Assembly: GCA_049322915.1 (NCBI GenBank)
Contig: JBMOPW010000016.1
Coordinates: 231,971 to 295,970, forward strand
DNA: 64,000 bases
Source: Candidatus Zhuqueibacterota bacterium
GTDB taxonomy: Bacteria > Zhuqueibacterota > Zhuqueibacteria > Thermofontimicrobiales > Thermofontimicrobiaceae
Reading direction: 5' to 3'
Positions 1 to 9,075 of this stretch are shown in pieces. Position 1 is the first letter of the stretch. The number at the start of each line of letters is the position of its first letter. Both the position numbers and the translations under genes were made by a program. The notes beneath the pieces are model-generated. The model was given only the letters and a program-made list of their open reading frames with translations. It did no database searches and had not been told where the DNA came from.

Positions 1-330
1 GTCATTCAGCCGCAGAATATCCTCTGGATCAGCCTGGGCGCATTGCGCTATCCGCCGCATCTCGATTCGATTATCCGTTTCAGCCACCCGCAAAGCCGCA
101 TCGTGTACGGCGAACTGGTCCCCGGGAAGGACGGAAAGCTCCGCTATTTCCAGCCGATACGGACGGAGATGTTCGGAAAGATGGTTGCATGGATCAGGGA
201 GTTTGCCCCGAACGTGTTCGTGTATCTGTGCATGGAAAGCTCCGAAGTGTGGCAAAAATCGTTCGGCTGGAGTCCCAAAACCAGCGCCGGGTTAAAACGA
301 ATGATGGATCGATTGGTGCAATCACTGTAA
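1..330 (+). CDS. Spore photoproduct lyase-like radical SAM protein, C-terminal part (5' end outside window)
   Basis: Frame is open from base 1. It reads WISLGALRY...GELVPGKDGKLRYF...VYLCMES, which resembles SplB-family C-termini. Confidence 0.75.
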   Translation, partial: VIQPQNILWISLGALRYPPHLDSIIRFSHPQSRIVYGELVPGKDGKLRYFQPIRTEMFGKMVAWIREFAPNVFVYLCMESSEVWQKSFGWSPKTSAGLKRMMDRLVQSL

Positions 331-347
331 ATGTATCGGGAGGTGTC

Positions 348-2603
348 ATGAATTTCAGCTTCATCAGGAATTTGAGTCTGCTTGTGTTTGCACTTCTGGG
401 TTGCACGGATGGAGCGGCGCAGCAAGAACAAGTCTGGCACATCGCGGCCAGCGGAGAGATTTACTCATCTGCCGAGTGGACGGCATTGCCGGCAGGCGAC
501 GCCGGAACCTGTGTTTCGGACAATGGTCTTCTCCGCGGCGTCTATGGTTTCCGCGAGGTCGGGTTCGATAATTTTTCGGTGAGCGAGTTCAGGCTGTTTT
601 CCGGGGACTCGCTCCTGGGTGTGATTGCTGAACCGCACGGCATGGGATTTTATCTTTCCAACTGCGGCGTCATCGCTGCTGTGACTGCGACGGAATCCCT
701 GACAGGGAAAGGGAGCGTCACGTTCTATTCGCCAACCGGCCAGGAATTTTTCAGCCTGGCCACGCTTCATGCCCGACGATTCAAATTTTCCGGCGATGGC
801 AAATGGTTCGGCGTCGTCGATGACGCCGGTCTGCATCTGGTTCAACCGGAAAGCCGCGTGACTTTTGAATTAGACCGGATTGAACTGTTCGATTTTTCTG
901 ACGATGCCGGGCATGTCGCCGGATGTGGAGACGGCCGGATTGCGCTCTGGACCCGGGCCGACAATCGCATGGAGGCGCATCCCTTGTCAGACATGCCGTA
1001 TGTTCGCGAGATTGCAATATCGCCGGACGGAGAAATCGTGGCCGTGATTGCGAGGGACGAAGCGCGGATTTTCCCCTGGCGAAAGCCTGACCAGTGGCTT
1101 CTTCGCCAGACCGTGTCCGGCGCGAAACGCTACCGCGATGTCCGGCTGGAGAACGAGCGCATTTTACTGGGAGTGCAGGAGAGAGAACGGGATCGATCCC
1201 GCGGTACCCTGGAAATTTACAATGTCCGGGGTGAGTTGATGACGTCAGAATCGAGCGATGCGCAAATTCTCCCCCATCCTGCCGGCGCCGGCTCGCTCAA
1301 AAAATCACTCAATCGCGATGAAATCCACTGGCCGTTCGCGCCGTTCGACAGCGTGTACAGCATTGGCAACAGCTACGAGGAGTATCAGAATTACGGCGGT
1401 GATCCCTATCCCCATCCCGGCGTGGATTTAATGGCGGCCGCCCATACGCCGGTGTACGCTGTGTCCGATGGCGTGGTGAAGGCTGTGCTGACCATTTCCG
1501 GCAGCTATCACTGGCGTGTGGCTGTCGGCGATTCCGCCGGGCCGGAACGCTGCGAAGGCTGGCTGTATGCCCATCTGGATCGACCCACGATTGCTGTCGC
1601 CGTGGGCGATGTGGTGTATGCCGGGGACTGTCTGGGTCAATTGGTCCCGTGGCCGTCGTACAGTTTCACTCATTTGCATTTTGTCAAAGTCGAGCAGGAG
1701 GGAGATACCTGGACAGGGAACTGGGACGTGATTGTCAATGCGCTGGAAGTGATGCGGCCCAATAGCGATAGCACAGCGCCCATGTTTTTCAATACCATCG
1801 ATGAAGATCGCTTCGCCTTCTGCTACAATGAGTCCAATATTTATCTGCCGGCCGATAATTTGAATGGGCAAATCGACATCATCGCCCGCGTTTCCGATTT
1901 CATCAACGACGAGTACTGGCAATGCGCGGTTTACAAACTGACATACTGGATCCGGCATATCCCGGCCGACACCCTCATTCTCCAGCCAACTCTGGCTGCG
2001 GTGTTGAATCACCGAATTCCGAATTACACCGCAACCCCGGAATTCACGCGGACGCTGTACAAAGACGATTTTCCCCTGGACACCAAAGGCGATTACAATT
2101 ACCGGATTTATTATCACATCCTCACCAACAACGATGGGGACGCGCTGCTCGAGGACGCTGACAGGGATAAATGTTTCGACACCGCGCAATTTCCGGATGG
2201 ACCCTATCGCATCTACGTTCAGGCGGAAGATGCCTTTGGCAATAGCTCCGTGGATAGCATGAATGTCGTTTTCAATAATGGCAATAGTGCTGTTCATAAC
2301 CAGATTGCCGCATCCGGGGCGACTTCCATTTTTCGTCTGTCCCAGAATTGCCCCAATCCGTTCAATTCTCGGACAGTGATACGTTACCAACTCGAGAAGG
2401 CGGGTCGTGCGACTGTTTCGATCTATAATGTGAAAGGACAGCGCATCATCACGCTGTTGAATCAGGACTCTCCGGCCGGGCAGTTTGAAATTGTGTGGGA
2501 CGGCGCTGATACCTCCGGTCGTCCGATGCCTTCCGGCTTATATTTTTATTCATTGGAAACGCGCGGCGAGACTGAGACCAGGAAGATGCTGCTGCTGGAA
2601 TGA
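348..2603 (+). CDS. Secreted M23-family metallopeptidase with N-terminal beta-propeller-like region and C-terminal FlgD-Ig/T9SS-type tail
   Basis: ATG at 348 follows GGGAGG, then a signal peptide. M23 motifs HPGVD (HxxxD), YAHL and HLHF (HxH) are present. The tail reads QNCPNPFN...WDG...SGLYFY...RKMLLL. Confidence 0.8.
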   Translation: MNFSFIRNLSLLVFALLGCTDGAAQQEQVWHIAASGEIYSSAEWTALPAGDAGTCVSDNGLLRGVYGFREVGFDNFSVSEFRLFSGDSLLGVIAEPHGMGFYLSNCGVIAAVTATESLTGKGSVTFYSPTGQEFFSLATLHARRFKFSGDGKWFGVVDDAGLHLVQPESRVTFELDRIELFDFSDDAGHVAGCGDGRIALWTRADNRMEAHPLSDMPYVREIAISPDGEIVAVIARDEARIFPWRKPDQWLLRQTVSGAKRYRDVRLENERILLGVQERERDRSRGTLEIYNVRGELMTSESSDAQILPHPAGAGSLKKSLNRDEIHWPFAPFDSVYSIGNSYEEYQNYGGDPYPHPGVDLMAAAHTPVYAVSDGVVKAVLTISGSYHWRVAVGDSAGPERCEGWLYAHLDRPTIAVAVGDVVYAGDCLGQLVPWPSYSFTHLHFVKVEQEGDTWTGNWDVIVNALEVMRPNSDSTAPMFFNTIDEDRFAFCYNESNIYLPADNLNGQIDIIARVSDFINDEYWQCAVYKLTYWIRHIPADTLILQPTLAAVLNHRIPNYTATPEFTRTLYKDDFPLDTKGDYNYRIYYHILTNNDGDALLEDADRDKCFDTAQFPDGPYRIYVQAEDAFGNSSVDSMNVVFNNGNSAVHNQIAASGATSIFRLSQNCPNPFNSRTVIRYQLEKAGRATVSIYNVKGQRIITLLNQDSPAGQFEIVWDGADTSGRPMPSGLYFYSLETRGETETRKMLLLE

Positions 2604-2624
2604 TCGATGGGATGAAATAAAACC

Positions 2625-2653
2625 GATGAGGCGCCGATGGGAAGCGCCTCATC
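2625..2653. terminator. Hairpin between convergent genes (probable bidirectional terminator)
   Basis: Perfect 10-bp stem GATGAGGCGC/GCGCCTCATC. Confidence 0.6.
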
Positions 2654-2690
2654 TTGACCGCTCAATGAACTCCGTTAGCCCTTGGTTTTT

Positions 2691-5024
2691 TCAAGGTTTC
2701 GCTTCAAAAATGAACAGCTTGCCAGCCAGAAAATCGGTCATCCACAATCGACCGTGCGAATCGACGACAGCCTTTGTGAGCGAATAGATGGCGTCGCCGA
2801 ACTGTCCGTTCATGTAAAACGATGCATTGCGCGTATCGAAACGGGTATCGCCAAAGGGATAATCGAACTGGTGCAGGGCCGTAAATTCACCGTCCCCCGG
2901 ATTGAATTGGAGAATGACAAGCCGATCCTTTTGATGGCAGGTGATGATGAGGCGGTTCTCCCAGACGAACATATTGTCCGGCAGGCCGCGAACCGGCAGC
3001 GGCCAGGTGGAGCCGCGTCCGCCAATTTCCTGCACGCTGTTTGCCAGATGGTTGATCACGTACACCCCATCCCGGAACCGGCGCAGGGTGAGCGGTCCGT
3101 CGCCTGTGGCTGTTTGTGTTTGGGCGAAGGTGGCTTTGTCGATTGTGGTGACGGTGTTCGATTCGAAATTGGCGATGTAAATGCGCTGCGAATCGAACAT
3201 CAGGTCAGTGGCAGAGCGCCCTGTTTCACTGCGATGGATGACCTTCTGTGAATCCAGATCGATGACCTGGAAAATGCTATTCTCCGAATCGGTTTCGCCG
3301 GCGCGAACCAGATACAACCGATGCAACGCCGCATCATACTCCAGAATTCGCTGCGTCGTTTCCCGCGTGACCTGATCTTTCAGCGGCAGTCTTTTCCCGA
3401 TTTCGAACAACCGCACCTCGTCTTCCAATCGCCCGATAAATTGCTCTTCGCTGCCCCAGTTATTCTGGGTGAAATAGAGCACGCCATTTTTGTCAATGGC
3501 CATCTGTTGCGCCTGGCGCGGAATGCGTCGGTCGTAGACGCTCAGGTCGTTGGTGTGCAGAGTGAGGATGCCATTTTTCGCATCCCAGATGTACACATCC
3601 GGCCAGTAGGATTGATGCGCGCCGTAGGAGAGACTCACATCGCCGGCGGCGTTGAGCCCAGCGCAAATTGGATAATCAAAGGGCAGCCGGTGCATCTGAA
3701 ATTGGCCATCGCTGTTCACCTCGGCGAACTGGTCTTCAGAATTGAAAACCAGCACGCTGTTCCTGGAATTCACGGCGACCAGGTCTATGGGCGCCCAGCC
3801 GGTGTAAATTTTTGTCATCTCTTCGGTCACGGGATTGAGCACGCTGATGGCCGCGCCGAAAGCGCCATTGACAGCCGTCGCGCCTCTGGGAATGTAAAGC
3901 TGATTGTCGTTGGGATTGAACGCCATGGAAAACATGTGGGGAAGAATGCCCAGCCCCGGGATGCGTTTCACAAACTGCCGCGTCTTCAGATCGACCACAT
4001 CAATTTCGCCGTGAGCCCAGCTCGCGATATAGAGCCGTTCATTTTTGAAATCGACGGCGCTGGCGTCGTTGCCGAACGCCGGCAATTTGATTTCCGAGAT
4101 CATTCCGTTTTGCTTGAAATTCACGACGTGAACCGTGGGATGGTTGTCGTAGGGAATGTAAATTTCATCCCGGTCCGGGAAATAGGTGATTCCGACCCCC
4201 TCGGTGAGTTGAGGCAATTCGATGATCGTCTCGCTGTTCGGGGCGATGCCGATCCGGGCGGCCTGAATGACTCTCCGCTGATCTGTTTCCAGCGCCAGAT
4301 AGAGCGAATGAGTCGATTGATTGTAGCCGGCGAAATGCCAGCGCCCGCCTTTGTTCAGCGACAGTTGGCGCGTTTCCATCAGCTTGCAGTTGCCCGGATC
4401 GAATAAGAACAGCCGGGCGGTCAGGCCGTCGATGGCGATGGCGCGATTCAAATCCCGGTCGAGTACCACCCTGCGAATCGGCGGCGGCGGTGTTGCATTG
4501 AGATTCATCAATTCCTCGGCAAAATCCAGCCAGTCCACCATTCGGAATTTGCCGGATCTGGCGTGGAAGAATCCGAGGGATTTGCTCTGACGGCCGGCCA
4601 GGAACACATTGCCGCTGTGCTCATCCACAGCGATGGTCTCGAATTGCGTCGCCGTTGTCACGGTGAACGCGGTTTGCTTTTCCGGCGAAATGATGAAAAA
4701 ACAATGGATCCCCAGAAGATACACGTCCCCGGTTTTGGCATGGATCGTCATGGCGTCGGATTTGAGATGCTGCAACACGCGGCTGCTGAGCCGGATATTG
4801 GCGACGCCTCGGGTGGCTCCGTCGATGATGGAAACGCTGGAAGATAGCGTGTTGGCGACGACGACGCGGTTGCGCTCAGCGTCCATTTTCACGAGCATTG
4901 GCCCGGCAGCATTGACGTTCAGATTGACCGCATCGAGGAAATCGACGGTCGTCACGGTGATTTCAGCGTGGAGCGGAACGACGAAGGAAAGGCAGAGACT
5001 AAGGATTAATTTTTTAATCAACAT
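2691..5024 (-). CDS. Secreted YncE/YVTN-like beta-propeller repeat protein (777 aa, probably two propellers)
   Basis: Signal peptide (..PLHA|E). Repeated blades such as RVVVANTLSSSVSIID, RLYIASWAHGEIDVVD, RIYIANFESNTVTTID and VYVINHLANSVQEI. Confidence 0.7.
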   Translation of the reverse strand: MLIKKLILSLCLSFVVPLHAEITVTTVDFLDAVNLNVNAAGPMLVKMDAERNRVVVANTLSSSVSIIDGATRGVANIRLSSRVLQHLKSDAMTIHAKTGDVYLLGIHCFFIISPEKQTAFTVTTATQFETIAVDEHSGNVFLAGRQSKSLGFFHARSGKFRMVDWLDFAEELMNLNATPPPPIRRVVLDRDLNRAIAIDGLTARLFLFDPGNCKLMETRQLSLNKGGRWHFAGYNQSTHSLYLALETDQRRVIQAARIGIAPNSETIIELPQLTEGVGITYFPDRDEIYIPYDNHPTVHVVNFKQNGMISEIKLPAFGNDASAVDFKNERLYIASWAHGEIDVVDLKTRQFVKRIPGLGILPHMFSMAFNPNDNQLYIPRGATAVNGAFGAAISVLNPVTEEMTKIYTGWAPIDLVAVNSRNSVLVFNSEDQFAEVNSDGQFQMHRLPFDYPICAGLNAAGDVSLSYGAHQSYWPDVYIWDAKNGILTLHTNDLSVYDRRIPRQAQQMAIDKNGVLYFTQNNWGSEEQFIGRLEDEVRLFEIGKRLPLKDQVTRETTQRILEYDAALHRLYLVRAGETDSENSIFQVIDLDSQKVIHRSETGRSATDLMFDSQRIYIANFESNTVTTIDKATFAQTQTATGDGPLTLRRFRDGVYVINHLANSVQEIGGRGSTWPLPVRGLPDNMFVWENRLIITCHQKDRLVILQFNPGDGEFTALHQFDYPFGDTRFDTRNASFYMNGQFGDAIYSLTKAVVDSHGRLWMTDFLAGKLFIFEAKP

Positions 5025-5066
5025 GCAGGTTACTCCATAATGGTTCTGTATTGAATTTTTTCCAGG

Positions 5067-5765
5067 TCACCCGGCGACCAGCACAGAATTTTTCTCCAAC
5101 TGAGCCACGAGTTTTTGGAAATGAGTATCGGCATCGACAATCGGCCATTGGAAGCGATGGGCATATTTCCGAAGCCGTCTGTCCGGGAAAACAGCAATGG
5201 GAAGTTTCACCGAGTCCAGCAGAAAGCGATCGTCCCAGTGATTGGCCAGGGCCGCAGTCTGGTCCCAATGGCAGCCGTGCTCGCGGAGCCAGTTCGCTGC
5301 AGCGGTCACTTTGCGCTGTCCCCGCGGGTGCAGGCCGTTCAATTCGCCGGTCAGTTTGCCTGACTCGATGGCCGGCTCGGCGCAGATGATTTCATTTATC
5401 TGAAGAAGACGCAGCAGAGGCTGCGCCAGCGGCCGCGGCGTGCCGCTGAGCAGGACCAACCTGTCGCCGCGGGACTGGAACCAGCGTACTATTTTCAGCG
5501 ACTCCGGCCGGAGATGATGTTTCATCGTGTCCTCCCAGCACTGGTCGATCCATGTCCCCACGTCGTCGGTCGACTGGCCGGCCAGGTAGATCAGTTTCAG
5601 ATGCAGCCAGGCCGAGGGTGGTATTTTCAGCGCCGAACGGAATAGTTGAGCCAGGATGCGACCGGGGCGAATTTTACCGGTTCGAATCAGGTACTGTAAA
5701 AACCATTGCTCCAGACTCCGTTCGATGAGAGTCCCGTCAATGTCCACCAGAATGATTGGCCGCAG
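5067..5765 (-). CDS. HAD-IB (SerB-like) phosphatase; start is probably CTG 5765 (alternative GTG 5747)
   Basis: Motif I DIDGT, motif II LLSG, Lys in GQRK, motif IV-like ANHWDD. Overlaps the end of the upstream gene. Confidence 0.8.
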   Translation of the reverse strand: MRPIILVDIDGTLIERSLEQWFLQYLIRTGKIRPGRILAQLFRSALKIPPSAWLHLKLIYLAGQSTDDVGTWIDQCWEDTMKHHLRPESLKIVRWFQSRGDRLVLLSGTPRPLAQPLLRLLQINEIICAEPAIESGKLTGELNGLHPRGQRKVTAAANWLREHGCHWDQTAALANHWDDRFLLDSVKLPIAVFPDRRLRKYAHRFQWPIVDADTHFQKLVAQLEKNSVLVAG

Positions 5766-6411
5766 ATTCCTCCTCCTTTCGCTGGATGAGAACGCTCCCT
5801 TCGATGATCACCGGAATTCCCCGCACAAGGCACATGGCGGCTGTTGCAACGGCGAGGATCAATCCCAATTTCAATCCGAATTGAATGAAGTCGGGTGTAA
5901 CAATTGGCTTTTTGATAATCAATTTGTCCAGGGCGGAAATGAGCAACAGCCAACTGAACGTGACGGCTTTCATGATCGCGTACGAGGTTCGCATCCAGGG
6001 TGAGCCGGTGAGAAATCGCCCTAACTTCGTCCGCATGATGGTCGTTTTGCCGAAGGCCGTGTAGCCAAAGCGCAGCGCGTAACTCCGGATGGTATCGGTC
6101 AGGATGTCGCGGGAAATGACCACAATCGGAATCCAGACCGGCACAAGATTCAGATCGCCCATGATGATCCAGAGAACGCTCTCGATCATACGGTCGCCGG
6201 CAATGTCCAGGACGCTGCCGAACATGGTTGACATTTCCAGCCGTCGCGCTAAAAAGCCGTCCAGCCAGTCCATGACGATGATCAGGATTGTCAGGCAAAC
6301 CGCCAGCAGGCGCGCCCAGATGCCATGATCGTAAATTAAGAAAACCAGGAAGAACAGCAACCCCACTCGCAAGACGGTCACCATGTTCGGCCAGGAGAGA
6401 AATTTTTTCAT
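5737..6411 (-). CDS. CDP-alcohol phosphatidyltransferase (PgsA-like)
   Basis: PNMVTVLR, the signature DWLDGFLAR...GSVLDIAGD, and several transmembrane segments. Confidence 0.9.
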   Translation of the reverse strand: MKKFLSWPNMVTVLRVGLLFFLVFLIYDHGIWARLLAVCLTILIIVMDWLDGFLARRLEMSTMFGSVLDIAGDRMIESVLWIIMGDLNLVPVWIPIVVISRDILTDTIRSYALRFGYTAFGKTTIMRTKLGRFLTGSPWMRTSYAIMKAVTFSWLLLISALDKLIIKKPIVTPDFIQFGLKLGLILAVATAAMCLVRGIPVIIEGSVLIQRKEEESAANHSGGH

Positions 6412-6444
6412 GAGTTACCCTTCAGTTTGAGTTGGTCAGCAGAT

Positions 6445-8517
6445 TTACTTTTGCAGAAAACGCTCTTTAAATGTTGGTTTTTCTCCGGCCATTTTCATAA
6501 ACAGGTCGAGCGGAACCAGTTTGAACTCGTCGCTCAGTTTGTCCAGTATCCCCTTCACGCGCTTCACATCGCTGGATTCCCGGACATGCACGAGCAGAAA
6601 ATAGGGCCGTTCCGCGTTGATGGCGGCCAACTCGTGCAGGTCGGCCACGGCGTCCGCTTCCGGGCGAGTCGGGGACAGGTAGTAATCGTACGAAATCAGT
6701 GGCCGCGAGTCCCGCGCCGTGAAGGTGAAGGACGGGGCATAGCCGTTGATGAATCCGATGGCGTCCGGCATGTTTTGATAATAGGCATCGACAATTTCCC
6801 TCGTCAGTTCGGTGTTGCCCTCCACGGTTGCGCCCTCGGAATAGTCCATGATTTCGAAGATTTTCAAATCGAGCCGCTTCATCAAATCGTACGTGCGGAG
6901 GAGCAGCGGTGACATGAATTTGGCCGGCACAGCTTTGGGATACATGTATCCCGGCCCGGAGAGACAGCCGATGAAATAATCATTGGGCGTGGCTAACGTG
7001 TAAAAATATTCCAGCAAGCCCGGCGCCAGCCACGAGTAATTCATGATCACTTCCCAGGCATAGGGAATATCCCCGCGGCCCGGCTTCAGCCACGCGCCAA
7101 TGCCCAGACCATCGGTCTGGACGCATGAAATGTAAATCTTCTTTTCCGGCTTGTACTTTTTTCCCGGCTCAATGTGGTGATTGTTTTTCATCGAAAACCC
7201 TTTGGAAAACGGGATCTGGTGGTTGAAGCTGAAATTGGGCAGGGTGTGCAGACCTTCCACTGTATGGCCGTAGTTGGACGTGAGGGTGACGTGATCGCGC
7301 TCTTTATCCTTGGCATAGCTGTGCCAGCCCATTACCAGGGACATGGGCTTCATCTCGCTTAATAATTTATTGGCCAGCGCGTATTCTTCGGCATCCTCCG
7401 GCCGGGAGGACAAATCGCTGAAGAATACGTTGTTGTACATGCCCCAGTCGGCCACGCCCGGTTTCATCACCGGGCCGGCATCGCCGCCGAGCCACACAAT
7501 GAGCTCTTTGTTGCAGCGCGCCCAGTACTGATTATAGGCCCAGGTGTAAATCTGCGCATCGCTCTGACCGGTGAATTTGCCGCGGAAATCCTCTTTCATG
7601 ACAAGGCCGGCTTTTTCGACCAGGGGAATCAGTTCCTCGGTGACAACCACGGCGCGCTCCAGGCCGGCGACCGTGAACGCAACGATGAGCGACGTGCGAA
7701 CCGATTTGTCCCAGACCACATATCCAGCGGCGTATTGTTTGAGTGTATTCAGCGCCTGTTCTGCGGACTTCAATTCCACGAACGAATAGCTGCGCTGGTT
7801 TTTATAATAATCGAATACAGACGCCGTGTAGTTGAATGGCCAGGTTGGTGGATAAATGAAATAGAGCAAGGGGCCGTTAACATTAGCCACGCCCTGCAGG
7901 CTGATGAGAAATGCCTGTTGTCCGAGCCCGGCCTGCACATTCCAGTCGTCTTCGAGGCGCATGAAAAAGGCGTTCCGTTCGTTCGCGCGTTTTAACAGGT
8001 ATCGGACGTCCGGGCCGGTTTTGCGCGTCGAGCGGTCGATTGTGTAGATGAGCAATTCGTCATCGCTGGAAAGCTGATACCGGTGTTTGCTGGTGATGAG
8101 AGATTCGCCCTGGGAACTGCTGATGCTGTACTTTTGCACCATGCTGAGGCTCCCTGTTGTTTTATCAAAAGTCGCGCTAACGTCCCGCGCCCCGGCCACA
8201 GGCATGGATAGCCCCATGAATACATTGGTCGGAAATACACGGGAGGTGACGGGAAATTTATGAAATACACCATCCGGTTTTAACCGAAAGGTATCGGCGT
8301 AACTGCGGCTGAGTCCCCATTTCTCAATGATAGTGACAAGGCTGTCGGTTTGGTTGATGTCAATGGAAAGCGTTTCGTACAGACCAATCTCACTGCTCTT
8401 TTCCGGGATGAGCTTCCAAACGCCATTCAGGTTCGCCTTCGCCCCGGCAGAAGAAACGGCTGTTCCTCCGAACAGCGCCACGAGAAAAATACACATACAG
8501 CGCATGAAATAAGACAT
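6445..8517 (-). CDS. Secreted GxGYxYP-family putative glycoside hydrolase, paralogue 1
   Basis: ATG 8517 follows GGAGGG, then a signal peptide. Contains SLQGVAN, GYVVWD, MGWH and SGPGYMYP. Confidence 0.8.
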   Translation of the reverse strand: MSYFMRCMCIFLVALFGGTAVSSAGAKANLNGVWKLIPEKSSEIGLYETLSIDINQTDSLVTIIEKWGLSRSYADTFRLKPDGVFHKFPVTSRVFPTNVFMGLSMPVAGARDVSATFDKTTGSLSMVQKYSISSSQGESLITSKHRYQLSSDDELLIYTIDRSTRKTGPDVRYLLKRANERNAFFMRLEDDWNVQAGLGQQAFLISLQGVANVNGPLLYFIYPPTWPFNYTASVFDYYKNQRSYSFVELKSAEQALNTLKQYAAGYVVWDKSVRTSLIVAFTVAGLERAVVVTEELIPLVEKAGLVMKEDFRGKFTGQSDAQIYTWAYNQYWARCNKELIVWLGGDAGPVMKPGVADWGMYNNVFFSDLSSRPEDAEEYALANKLLSEMKPMSLVMGWHSYAKDKERDHVTLTSNYGHTVEGLHTLPNFSFNHQIPFSKGFSMKNNHHIEPGKKYKPEKKIYISCVQTDGLGIGAWLKPGRGDIPYAWEVIMNYSWLAPGLLEYFYTLATPNDYFIGCLSGPGYMYPKAVPAKFMSPLLLRTYDLMKRLDLKIFEIMDYSEGATVEGNTELTREIVDAYYQNMPDAIGFINGYAPSFTFTARDSRPLISYDYYLSPTRPEADAVADLHELAAINAERPYFLLVHVRESSDVKRVKGILDKLSDEFKLVPLDLFMKMAGEKPTFKERFLQK

Positions 8518-8777
8518 GATTCCCTCCATGATTGAAATGAAAAAAAGCCATCGCATTGATGGATGCGAACTACCGCCGTTGTTTCATCCCCGAAGATACT
8601 GACAGGCATTGGGCCGGGCCAGACGGTATTGCCGTCAGTTTAAGGAATTAAAAATTTCACTCTCGGTCACAATCACGCCAGAGATGGATGCGACTTTGTT
8701 GCATTGTCAGCTAACAGTTCACAATTCTCAATTCACTATGATAATTTGGTCGAATCGAAAAAGCACAAGCATTCTAT

Positions 8778-8914
8778 TGATATGAATGACCAGTAGAAAT
8801 TTTGGTGCCTGTATTCTTTTGGACATACGTGTAGTGGACGGTCGCGACCGTCCAATACAGCTACAAAAAAGTATAGAATTTATTGCGCCTGCTTTCACCG
8901 AGTCATTCATATTA
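8778..8914 (-). mobile_element. MITE-like element, copy A (terminal inverted repeats plus central REP-like palindrome)
   Basis: Ends TGATATGAATGACC / AGTCATTCATATTA; centre GTAGTGGACGGTCGCGACCGTCCAATAC (8831-8858). Its reverse complement aligns along the whole of 10812-10949. Confidence 0.75.
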
Positions 8915-9075
8915 TAGAATAATCTTTGAAAAATACAAGAGAAAAGTGATGAGCCATTCGGATGAAATAGATTGACCGCGTGCCCCCGGTATTCAATCCC
9001 TTAAAAATGAAAATAGCTGAGAATGATTTCCCAGCTATTTCGTCAATTGTCAAATTCAGGCTGTCCGGCGAACAG

